Assembly (NCBI GenBank): GCA_043809585.1
Contig: JBDROZ010000025.1
Location: forward strand, 1-64,000
Source of the DNA: Candidatus Eiseniibacteriota bacterium
GTDB taxonomy: Bacteria > Orphanbacterota > Orphanbacteria > Orphanbacterales > Orphanbacteraceae
DNA: 64,000 bases
Reading direction: 5' to 3'
Shown: positions 1-10,500 of the stretch, in pieces
Position numbering within the stretch: the stretch's first letter is position 1
Layout of the letters: each line of letters starts with the position of its first letter
Position numbers and translations under genes: made by a program
Notes under the pieces: generated by a model
What the model saw: the letters and a program-made list of their open reading frames with translations, nothing else
The model's database searches: none
What the model was told of the DNA's origin: nothing

Positions 1-413
1 CGCTCAACCCCCTCCCCGGGTAACGGCTGAAGGAGAAGTGACTCGATAGCCCGATGTAGTGAAGACCTCTTGAATCGTTTTGTTGATTTATAACGACTTA
101 GGATCCCTCAAACTCCCGAATCCGCGAAGTCGGGTTAGGGCTCTGCGGCGAGTTCCGCAGCGCGCCGGCCTCACCCTGTGTGGCGGAACGCCACGATGCC
201 TGGGCCGGCGCGCGAGGACTGTTTGAGCAAGCCAGCCCTGACCCCCTGGCTCCTGCCCACCGAATTCGGGGCCGCAGATTCTGCAGGATCATGGCTAGGC
301 GCTTTTCCGGTTCCGATACCCCTTTCACGTCCTTCGCGATCTTCATGTCCTTCGTGGTGGGTTCTCCGAGATTCAGTCATGGAGAAGACCATGAAGAGTA
401 CGGAGCCAAAGAA

Positions 414-441
414 GAAGGCGGGTAACCGATCCCCCGCCTTC
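414..441. terminator. Hairpin downstream of ppdK (candidate intrinsic terminator)
   Basis: GAAGGCGGG...CCCGCCTTC 9-bp perfect stem about 25 nt after the ppdK stop; followed on the minus strand by TTCTTT. Confidence 0.6.
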
Positions 442-465
442 GTCGTCTTCGATGATTCGACGCCG

Positions 466-3400
466 CTACCTCTTCTTGCGGGTCGTCTTCTTCTTGGTCA
501 CCGGCCTCTTGGCCACCGGCCTCTTGGCGACCTTCTTCTTGGTCACCGGCCTCTTGGCGGCCTTCTTCTTGGTCACCGGCCTCCTGGCGGCCTTCTTCTT
601 GGTCACCGGCCTCTTGGCGGCCTTCTTCTTGGCCACCGGCCTCCTGGCGGCCTTCTTCTTGGTCACCGGCCTCCTGGCGGCCTTCTTCTTGGTCACCGGT
701 TTCTTGGCGGCCTTCTTCTTGGTCGCGAACTTAGCGGGAGGCGTCGTCCCTGCCCGCTCCGCCAGGGCCGCATGGGCTGCGGCGAGACGGGCGATCGGCA
801 CCCGGAAGGGGGAGCAGCTCACGTAGTCGAGGCCGAGCCGGTGGCAGAACGCGACCGAGGACGGCTCGCCGCCGTGCTCGCCGCAGATGCCCACCTTCAG
901 GTTCGGCTTCTTGGACCGGCCCTTCGTCACGCCGATCTCCATCAGGTAGCCAACGCCTTTCTGGTCGATCACGGCGAAGGGATCGTCGGGCAAAATGCCG
1001 TGCTCCACGTAGAAGGGGAGAAACCGGCCGGCGTCGTCCCGGGAGAGCCCGAAGACGGTTTGGGTCAGGTCGTTCGTCCCGAAGGAGAAGAAGTCGGCCG
1101 CCTCGGCCACTTCTTCGGCGGTCAGGGCCGCCCGGGGCAGCTCGATCATGGTCCCCACCAGGTAGGGTACCCTGACCCCTTTCTCCTTCATTACCTGCTC
1201 GGCCGTCCGCTCCACGATCTCGCGCTGGAGCACGAGTTCCTTCTTCGTCGCCACCAGGGGGGATCATGATCTCGGGAAGAACCTTCTTCCCTTCCTTCTT
1301 CACCTCGCAGGCCGCCTCGATGATCGCCCGGGCCTGCATCTCCGTGATCTCCTCGTACACGATGCCGAGGCGGCATCCCCGGTGCCCGAGCATCGGATTC
1401 ATCTCGTGGAGCGTGTCGACCGTGTCCTGGAGCCTCTTGGGGGTGATCCCCAGCTTCGCCGCCAGATCCTCCACCTCTTTCCCCTCGTGGGGGAGGAACT
1501 CGTGGAGCGGCGGGTCGAGGGTCCGGACCGTTACCGGCAGACCATCCATGACCCGGAAGATGCCGACGAAGTCCTTCCGCTGGAGCGGAAGGAGCTTGGC
1601 GAGGGCCTCCTTGCGGCCCTCCTTGTCTCGAGCGACGATCATCTCCCGCATCGCGTCGATCCGGTCCCCCTCGAAGAACATGTGCTCCGTCCGCGCCAGG
1701 CCGATGCCCTGGGCCCCGAACTTGCGGGCCCGGTCGGCGTCGACCGGCGTCTCCGCGTTGGTTCGGACCTCGAGGCGGCGGACCTTGTCCGCCCACGACA
1801 TGAGCTTTTCGAAGTACCGGTAGAGATCCGAGTCCTTCGCGTTCTTCTGGCCGAGCAAAACCTGGTTCACCTCGGAGTCCATGGTCGGCACCTGGCCGAG
1901 CATGACCTGGCCGGTGGAGCCGTCGAGTGAGATCCAGTCCCCCCGCCGGACCGTGTGGGAACCGGCCGTGAATTCCCCCTTCACCCGGTCGACGTGGATG
2001 GACCCGCAACCGGCGACGCAGCACTTGCCAATGCCGCGGGCCACCACCGCCGCGTGGGAGGTCATGCCCCCCCGGGCGGTCAGGATTCCCTGGGCCACGG
2101 CCATGCCGTGAATGTCCTCGGGCGAGGTCTCGGTCCGGACAAGAATCACCCGGGTCCCCTTGCTCTCCTCGACCTCCGCCACCGCCTCATCCGCCGAGAA
2201 TACGACCCTTCCCGTGGCGGCACCCGGCGACGCGTTCAGGCCCTTGGCGATCACCTGGCGCCTCGCCTTCGGATCGAACATCGGATGGAGAAGTTGGTCG
2301 AGCTGGCCCGGATCGACCCGGCGCACGGCCTCCTCGCGGCTGATGAGCCCTTCGGCGACCATGTCCACGGCGATCCTGATGGCTGCGACGGCGGTCCGTT
2401 TGCCCGAGCGGGTTTGAAGCATCCAGAGCCTGCCCTGCTGGACCGTGAACTCGATGTCCGCCATGTCGCGGTAATGCCTCTCAATCCGCCGATAAAACCC
2501 CTCGAGCTCCTTGTAGACCTCGGGCATTTCCTCCTCGAGCGTGACCCGCCCGCTGTCCCCCTTGCCGACGATGTTGATCGGGTGGGGCGTCCGGGTGCCG
2601 GCCACCACGTCCTCGCCTTGGGCGTTGGTCAGGTACTCGCCGTAGAAACGCTTCTCTCCCGTCGAGGGGTTCCGTGTGAAGGCCACTCCCGTGGCACTCT
2701 CTTCGCCGAGATTGCCGAAGACCATGGACTGCACGTTCGCCGCCGTGCCCCAGTCGTTCGAGATCTTGTGGAGGCGGCGGTACTCCACCGCCCGCTTTCC
2801 GTCCCACGAGCCGAAGACCGCGCCCACGGCGCCCCAAAGCTGCTCATGGGGCTCTTCCGGGAAAGGCCTTCCCCCCTCTTCGGAGACGACCTTCTTGAAC
2901 TCCCCCACGAGCTCCTCCAGGTGCTTCGCCGAGAGGTCCTTGTCGAGTTGAGTGCCGGCCGCCTCCTTCTTCTTCTTCAGAATCTCCTCGAAGCTTTCGC
3001 CGCCCACGCCGAGAACTACGTTCCCGTACATCTGCACGAAGCGCCGGTAGCTGTCGTAGGCGGTGCGATCGTTCCCCATCGCCGCGGCGAGTCCCTTCAC
3101 GGTCTCGTCGTTCAGGCCGATGTTCAACACCGTGTCCATCATGCCCGGCATGGAGACGCGGGCCCCGGAACGGACCGAGAGGAGGAGGGGGTTCTTCACG
3201 TCGCCGAACTTCCCGCCCATCACTTTCTCGACCCTCGCGATGTGCTCCATCACCTCTTCCTTGAGGCCCGCGGGGAACCGCTTCCCGATCTTCTGGTACT
3301 CGTTGCAGACTTCGGTGGTGATCGTGAAGCCCGCCGGCACCCGGATTCCGATCCGGTTCATCTCGGCCAGGTTCGCGCCCTTGCCGCCGAGCAGATTCCG

Positions 3401-3478
3401 CATGTCCGCGCTGCCTTCCGCCTTGCCGGCGCCGAAGAAATAGACCATTTTTCTTCGCTTGCTCTTTTGGGTGCTCAT
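466..3478 (-). CDS. ppdK: Pyruvate, phosphate dikinase, frameshifted at G6 run 1257-1262, with C-terminal K/R-rich histone-like tail
   Basis: Motifs [50 protein letters not shown] (phospho-His), [13 protein letters not shown]. The downstream frame continues [30 protein letters not shown]. Start ATG 3478 has an AGGAG SD. Removing one C restores EIMIPLV and gives about 1003 aa. Confidence 0.95.
480..724 (-). repeat. Coding tandem 30-bp repeat (7 full copies plus partial) encoding (T/A)KKK(A/V)A(K/R)(K/R)PV
   Basis: Unit TTCTTCTTGGTCACCGGCCTC(T/C)TGGCGGCC repeated on the + strand, in frame with the PPDK C-terminus. Confidence 0.95.
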
Positions 3479-3605
3479 GGACAAGCCGCTCCTTCTTTCG
3501 AGTCTCTGCTCGGAAGTAATAATGAAGTACACCGGGTGGATCGGAAACCGCGGGGCCGCCTCGGGAACTCCAGCGGGAAATTCCGACAAAACCTATAGAT
3601 TTTGC

Positions 3606-3634
3606 AGAGTAGCACAGCCCTCGGGGAACGGCAA
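3606..3634 (-). promoter_or_regulatory. Putative sigma70 promoter of ppdK
   Basis: Minus strand TTGCCG-17 bp-TACTCT with a TG extended -10. Confidence 0.45.
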
Positions 3635-3690
3635 GTTTACCGTAAGCCGCCCGGGGCCCCCCAGGAAGGGGGCCGCCGGGCGAGAGAAGC

Positions 3691-3871
3691 TAGCCTGGAT
3701 TATGCACAAATCTCCTACTGCGATCTCGGATCGCCGCCTGCGAAGCCTCCTTTCCTTCGCCGCCTCCTCGAAGTAGTGCATGACTACACCTCCGGTGGCG
3801 GCTCGTCCAAGTCAGCTTCTCGTCAGGCGATCCGAGCCCTCGTGACGGAGATTCATGCATAATCCAGGCTA
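3691..3871. mobile_element. MITE-like element copy 1 (TA-flanked, ~25-bp terminal inverted repeats, nested hairpins)
   Basis: TAGCCTGGATTATGCACAAATCTCC ... GGAGATTCATGCATAATCCAGGCTA (2 mismatches); inner stems CTCGGATCGCC/GGCGATCCGAG and GTAGT-GCATG-ACTAC; homologous to 52833-53105. Confidence 0.75.
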
Positions 3872-4489
3872 GAAGACGCTGAGAGCCTCGGTGAGATTCT
3901 CGATCGCCCTGATCAGCTCCAGAACGAAGGTAGCCGAGTTCGGGTTGAGGAGGATCGCCGAGTCGACGGCCTCGATCTGGTCGAGGGCTTCCAGATACTC
4001 GCCGAGGGCGAAATAGGACTGGGCCATGGAGAGCCGCACGTCCCGGACGTCGACGGTGATATCCGCTTCGAGCTCGAACCTGGAATCGATGGCCAACACC
4101 GCCTGGCCCGCGAAGACGCACTGGCGGTATTCGTCGAACCGGTTCAGGATCACGCACCGTCCCGCCTGGGCGTCTGCACCCACGAACCCCTTGGCCACCG
4201 CCATGTTGAATGCATCCAGGGCCGTTTCGAGCGAATCGAGCCGGAGGTAGGACCACCCCCGCCCGTTGTGACCATCGCCGATGCCCCCGTTCATGGCGAC
4301 GGCTTCGTCGAACTCGATGATGGCGCCGGTGTAGTCTCCCGCGGAAAAGAGGGCCCATCCGGCGTCGAGTTTCTCCACTACCGGATCCACCTGGGGGCCC
4401 GGATTCTCGTCGCCGCAGCCGATGAGAAGCGCGGCGGGAAGGAGCGCGATCGCCGCGACGATCCGACGGGGCCGCTTCGATTGAGTCAT
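3869..4489 (-). CDS. TPR-containing lipoprotein
   Basis: Likely start MTQSK (4489); basic N-terminus, hydrophobic stretch and lipobox LLIG-C; TPR-like helices (GWALFSAGDYTGAIIEFDEAV, NGRGWSYLRL, AQSYFALGEYLEAL). Directly follows the 2207-aa gene. Confidence 0.8.
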   Translation of the reverse strand: MTQSKRPRRIVAAIALLPAALLIGCGDENPGPQVDPVVEKLDAGWALFSAGDYTGAIIEFDEAVAMNGGIGDGHNGRGWSYLRLDSLETALDAFNMAVAKGFVGADAQAGRCVILNRFDEYRQCVFAGQAVLAIDSRFELEADITVDVRDVRLSMAQSYFALGEYLEALDQIEAVDSAILLNPNSATFVLELIRAIENLTEALSVF

Positions 4490-4511
4490 GACGAACTTCC
4501 CTTCCTCCACG

Positions 4512-7500
4512 CTAACGGATCAACATCATCTTGCGGACGGCCGTGTCTTCGCCCGCCGTGAGACGATAGAAGTAGACGCCCGAGCCGACCGAACGACTGT
4601 GATCGTCTTTGCCGTCCCAGGAATAGTCGTAGCGCCCCGCCGGCAGGGGGGCGTCCTCGAGAACCCGGATCTGCCGCCCCCGAATGTCGTACACCCGGAG
4701 CGAAACCTCTTCCCGGACGGGAATGTCGAAGACGATCCGCGTGACCGGATTGAACGGGTTCGGCGTGTTCCCGTAGAGGGCGAAGGTCTTCGGCACGACC
4801 GTCCCGCTCCGGATTTCGGCGGAGTGGAAGAGCGCGAAAGTGCCCCCCCCCTCGACGGTGGCGACCACTTCCTCCCGCGCGGGATCGACCCGGGATTCCA
4901 CGTGAGCCCAGCCGTCTTCCTCCAGCCGGTAGAGGGCGAGACCGGAGAAATCCTCCGTTTCCACACCGAGGCCGGCCGCGCCGACGGTCAACTCGATCGG
5001 CCCCCTCGGTGCGATCTGGGTCAGGTGCAGCGTGTACGGTCCGGCGAGAGGCCGCTCGGGCCCGTCGTTCTTCTCGAGGACCTCCATGAGCGCCACGCCG
5101 CTCTTCCCGAAGGACGAAGCCGGAACCCGGACGAGCAAGCGCCGGTCGGTGCTCCGCATGACCCCGTCCTTCCCCGTCACGAACTGACGGGACGAGAAGA
5201 ACCGCCGGACGGTGCCTACCTTTCCGCAGAGGTCGACGGCCCTGGCCTCCACGATCAGCGTATCCGCTGTCCGAAGCTCCAGATTGTCGCTCCGGAAGAT
5301 CGAGAGAGCCGTGTCGCTTCGTTCCATCTCCACTTCGGTCGAGTCGAAGTTGTACACGGTCAGGAGAAGCGTATCGTTCCCGATGACGACCTCCTCCTGC
5401 TCCTCGTCGGCGTACATCATCCGGAGGAGGATCGAGTCCCGTCTGATCGTCTCGGTAGGGATGACGTAGACGTTCGCCGCTCCGGGAATCGTCGAGTGAA
5501 GCACGAACGCGATCGTGAGCCCGGGGCTCACCGTGTCGGCGCAGACCGGATCGCTGAGACGGGCTTGGCCGATGTGGGCGTTCAGGTCCGAGAGGGGATC
5601 GCTCCCCGCGAACAGCATGGGCGAACACTCCTGATAAGTGAAGAAGTCCGTCTTCGCCCGGTGGAAGAGGGTATCAACCGGGTTTCGGGTGTTGCAGAAG
5701 AGCGGATTCGTCGAGACGGAGCCTTCCCCACCCTCCAGGTTGCGGAACTGCCCGGACGAGTTGGCCCAGACGTTGTTGTAGGAGAGTTCTGGTTTGCGGA
5801 TACCGTCGAAGTAGGGGAAGAGACCGATGCCGTACCCGCCGTTCCGGGTGACCACGTTGTTGCGGATGATCACGCTCCCCTCGGGCTCCGAGAGGGAGAT
5901 CGCCCCGCGGGCGTTCTTCCGGAACACGTTGTTGTCGATCGACGCCCCACCCGTCAGTTTCTCCATGCGGAGGCCGCCGTACTCGTCCGCCTCGTTCTCG
6001 GAGAAGATGTTCCCCCGAATCACCGGATCGGAGGTGCGGAAGAGATAGACGGCGCCTCCGACCCCCCCCTCGTTACGGTAGAAGTAGTTGTCGTAGATTC
6101 GGGGAGAAACCGCGTCGGACATGGAGATGGCGCCTCCCCAGTTCTTACTCGAGTTCTTCTCGAACCAACAGTCCCGGATCGTGGGGCTTGCCCCATCCAG
6201 GCAACGGATCGCGCCGCCGTTCGTCAGCTCCGCCCGTCCGTTGACGAACATGATGCCGGAAACCACCGTGGAAGAATCGATGATCAGCGTGCCGTTCTCG
6301 GCCGCCTCCCCGGACTGACGGATCGTGAGAAGGGACCCCGCGCTGCGCTGGAAGTTCCGCCATCCCGGCGCGGCGATCACGGTGCGGAGATTGAATGAGT
6401 CGGGGTGGGGGTGCTCCAGGGTAAACGCCGCGTCGAAGCCGCCCCGGAGCACGACCGGCTTGTCGAGGGTCAGCACGCCGTCGTAGACCGCCCCATCCAG
6501 AGGAAGATCGTTGTTCGGGCCCGAACCGGCGACATCAATGGTGTCTCCGGGATTCACCCGGTCGAAAACGACCGACAGGGAACGGGCGGCGTTCTGGGAA
6601 CAGACATAGGGGAAAACGGGCCGGTTGATGTTGGTATGGTCCCAATAGACGAGGAAGCGGTGTCCCGGCCGGGTGCAGCCGACGCCCTCCGACCCCCAGA
6701 CCGTGACGGCGCACTGGTCCCGAATCGGGCTTTCACCGGCAGTGATCGCGTCCAGATCGAAGAGCACGCCGTACTTCTCCGCCTCGCGATCGCAGAATCC
6801 GGGGTCCGCGATCACGTGGGCGCCGCCATGTCCCAGGGGGAGCGAATCGCCCCCCGCGTTCTGCCAGAAGAGGTTGTTCCTGACGTAAGCGGTGTCCCCC
6901 TCGAAGAAGAACCCGGATCCGCCCGTCGAGTAGGCGACGATGTTCTTGTAGAACCTCGGATTGGAACCGGTGAGGTGCACCACGCCCCCCGTGTCCACGG
7001 TGCAGTGATTGTCCGCAAAGGTGTTCAACGTGCAGCGCGAGGTCGTTTGGAACTCGGCCCCGACGCTCTGCACCATATAAAGTCCGGCCCCCACTTCGGC
7101 CGTGTCCCCGTACACCAGGTTCCGGGCGAGAATCGGGACGGCCCCCTCGGCGACGTAGATCCCGCCTCCGAGAGTCGCATCGCAATGGCGGATGTAGTTG
7201 TCATAGACCTGGGGGCGGCCGGCTTTCTCGACGCGGATCCCTCCTCCGAGATCGCCCTTTCCTCCCTGGACCGTGAACCCGTCGAACCTCGTGGTCCTGC
7301 GCCCGACGCCTCCGGCGCCGGAGTCGATCACCACCGCCGTCCCGCTCCCCGCGGCGTCGATGATCGTGCGGTTCGCGTCCGGGTCTCGAACTCCGAATCC
7401 CGACGTGTAACCACCGAGCACCCTCACGTTGGTGGGCACCCGGATGGACCCGGTGTACGTTCCCGCCGCGACACGCACCTCGTCGGTCGAGTCCGCCGGG

Positions 7501-10500
7501 TTCGAGAACCCGGCCAGCGACGCAACGTCGAGGGCGTCCTGCAGGTTGTGGGCGGCCGTGGCGGCCGTCGCGTAGGGGTACACGTTCGATCCAGAGAGAC
7601 TCACAAAGTGCCGGGGAGTGCTGCAGCCGACGCCCAGCGCCCCGATGATGGTGCCGTTCCGGCCGGCCGCCACGTTCGGGGAATGATCGAAGACGGTGTA
7701 AATGTACTGGTCCCGCCGGCAGTAGAGCGGGCCGTTCGAGATATTCGCCTGGCCCGTCGAGTCAAAGTCGACGTCGTAGTCGACGTCGTGACGGAACACG
7801 TTGTTGTGATCGAAGATCACGCCCGTGCTCCCCGTCGCCCGCACTCCGTTGTCGTTGTAAGTGATCGAATTGTTGTAGAGCTCCGGAGCGCACCCGTCCA
7901 CCCAGACCGCCCATCCGCCGCCCCGGTTGTCGGTGATGGTGTTGTCCGCGAGAAGCCCCCCGGCTCCCGCGAGATGAATGATCGCACCCTCATCGTCCAC
8001 CGAGTTCAAGTAGAACTGATTGTTCTCGAATCGCGGAGCGGCGTCCTCGATCGCGAGGACCGCTCCGCCGGTGATATTCGCCCGGCTCTCGATGATCTTG
8101 CAGTTCGTGAATCGGGGTGTGGCGTTTCCCCTCAGAAAGATGGCCCCGCCCGAGTCGGCCCGGCCCCCCGCGATGTTGATCCCGTCGACCCAGGTGGTGC
8201 TGTCGACTCCGTCCCCTCCGAATACGACTCGATGGGCCGAGTTCCCTGCGATCCGGGAGACCCGCCCCCGGTTGTTGTCCCGGAAGGTCTCGACGCTGTA
8301 GCCTCCCTTGTAGACAACGCCCCCCACGAGCTCGAACTCGTCCTCGAAAGAACCCCCGCCGATCTTGACCGTGTCTCCCGCGGTGAGGAGGGAATCGAGC
8401 CACGAGATCTTCCGGGACGCCGAATTCCGTCCCGAGAACGGGAAGCGGGCATTCGATGAGGCCGGGTTCACGAGCCAGACCTCGTTATCGCAAATGCAGC
8501 GGGACGAGATCTTGAGGGCGCCGATCACCGTGTCCCCCGAGACGCTCGCGATGGCCGGAGAACAAGTGCTCAGTTTGAAATCGCCCCCCTCCGTGTCGCA
8601 GAAGAGAGGGTCCCGGACCTTGATCTTCGTGGAATCGAACGTGACGAACGGGGAGACGGAAACATAGTTGCTGTCCGCGGCCGCGGCGTTCACGTTTCCG
8701 AAGCTTATGTTGCGCACGAACTCGACCCACACGTCGTCGAGGACGAGGCCGGCGCGGCCCCCCTCGTTGAACGCGAAAATGTTATCCCTGAAGCTGAACT
8801 TGTCCGTCGAGCCGACTCCGGCGAACCGTATGAATATGCCCGACGCCGCAAGGTCCGAGGTCGCCGCGCCTTCCATGACGTTCTCGGCGATCGTGTTGTT
8901 CCGTAGCGTCGCCACCGACTGGCTGTCGACGTTGGCCCCTTGGATGATCACGCCCGCCGCCCGATGGTCCGGACGGGAAACGAAGTCGACCCGGTTCGCG
9001 TGAACCGTGTTCCTGCGCAGAACGGGCCTCGCTCCCCTCCGGACCAGGATTCCCGGACCGTTCACGCCGTCCGCGTGGGTGATGAAGAACCCGTCGAGTC
9101 CCCCCTTCGGGGCGAACTGGGAAGCGAACCCGTCGAAAGTCACCGTCGGCTCTCCGGCGACGGTTCCCCGGAGCACGGTCGGGTAGACCGCATGGTTTCG
9201 CTTGGTGAAAGTGCTGTCGTTCCACCCCCCCTCGAGGTAGATCCCCTTGGAGACGGTGAAGACCCCGTCGTACGTCCCGCTCGCCAGCCGAATCGTGTCG
9301 GCCGGAAGAGCGATGGCGAGAACCTTCGAGATGTCCGACGTGGCGTTCGCGGGGGATTGATAGGGGAAGACGCCGTCCCCGGCGGTGGTGAAGACGTAGT
9401 GGGAGGAGAAGTTGCAGCCCACCGAAAGGGCCCCGAGGGGCGTTCCCCCCGGCGCCGGGTCGTTCAGGTCCCCTTCGGAATAGAAGCGGAAGTCTCCGTT
9501 GGCGGGGTCGCAGAAGAAGGGGTTCGTGCGGGTCGTGTCGGAAAGGGAGGGGGAACAACCAGGCGCGAACTCCTGCTCGTTCTCGTAAAAGTTGCTCTGC
9601 TCGATGGTCAGGCCGCCGTCGCACTCGAAGACGGCCGCTCCTTCGTTCATCGCCGCCATTCCGTACCGGAACAGCATCGACGCCCCCGAAGAGATCCGGA
9701 TGAGGGAGCCCGAGAAAGCCGCGTCGTTGCCCACGACGGAGATGTGGTCCAAAGTCGCCGCGCCTTCGCCGATATCGAGAAGCGCGCCGTCCCCGTCAAA
9801 GGCCCCGGTCAGCACGAGATAGGAGAAGTTCGTGGCGGCGCTTCCCTGGATCCGGATCGCGGGACTCTCCGCCTCGGCCGGCCGGATCCGCGTTCCGAGG
9901 AGGAACGGATCGAACACGTTGAAATTGGCGTCCCACCCCCCCTCGAGGACGATCCCCGCGGGAATCACCACGTTTTCGACATACGTTCCGGAGGCGACAC
10001 GGATCGTGTCTCCCGGAGAGGTGATGGTCAGCACATCGGCGATGGAGGTCGCCGCCTTGTTCGGTTCGTCGTAGGGGAAGACGTCCCGACCCGTCTGGAT
10101 CGAAACGTACTTGGTCCCCGCCCGGCAGCCGATGCCCCACGCCCCGGGGGTTTCCCCGTTCGCACCGGCACCGAGGATGGGTGATTCCAGGAAGATCCGG
10201 TAGTCCTGATCCACGTCGTTGCAGAAGACCGGGTTCGTGGCGAATAGGTTCGTCCCGTCCCCGGAGCACCCGACAATGTCGTTTCCCCCGTTGTCGAAGA
10301 ACACGTTGTAAGCGATCAGCGGGGAATCGGCCGCGCCATCACAGGAGATCCCGTAGCCGTCGGCGATGGCGTAGATGATGTTGTTCCGGATCGTCGGACT
10401 GCCCCCCGCGACGTGGATTGCACCGGCCTCCTGATCGGAAACCGTGAAGGCCACCGTGTTGTGCTCGATCCGGGGCGAGCCCCCCCCGACGAAAACGGCC

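Noticed and set aside
1-130. AT-rich patch GTTGATTTATAACGACTTA as a dif or att site
   Set aside because: No adequate match to the XerC/XerD consensus, no tRNA or integrase nearby, and the context is cut by the window edge.
480-724. 30-bp repeats as a CRISPR array
   Set aside because: No spacers, in-frame coding repeat, and no cas genes.
731-1262. Arg/Gly/Pro-rich C-terminus of the 952-aa ORF as a novel PPDK domain
   Set aside because: Out-of-frame read-through after the homopolymer frameshift; the real C-terminus is in the 466-1254 frame.
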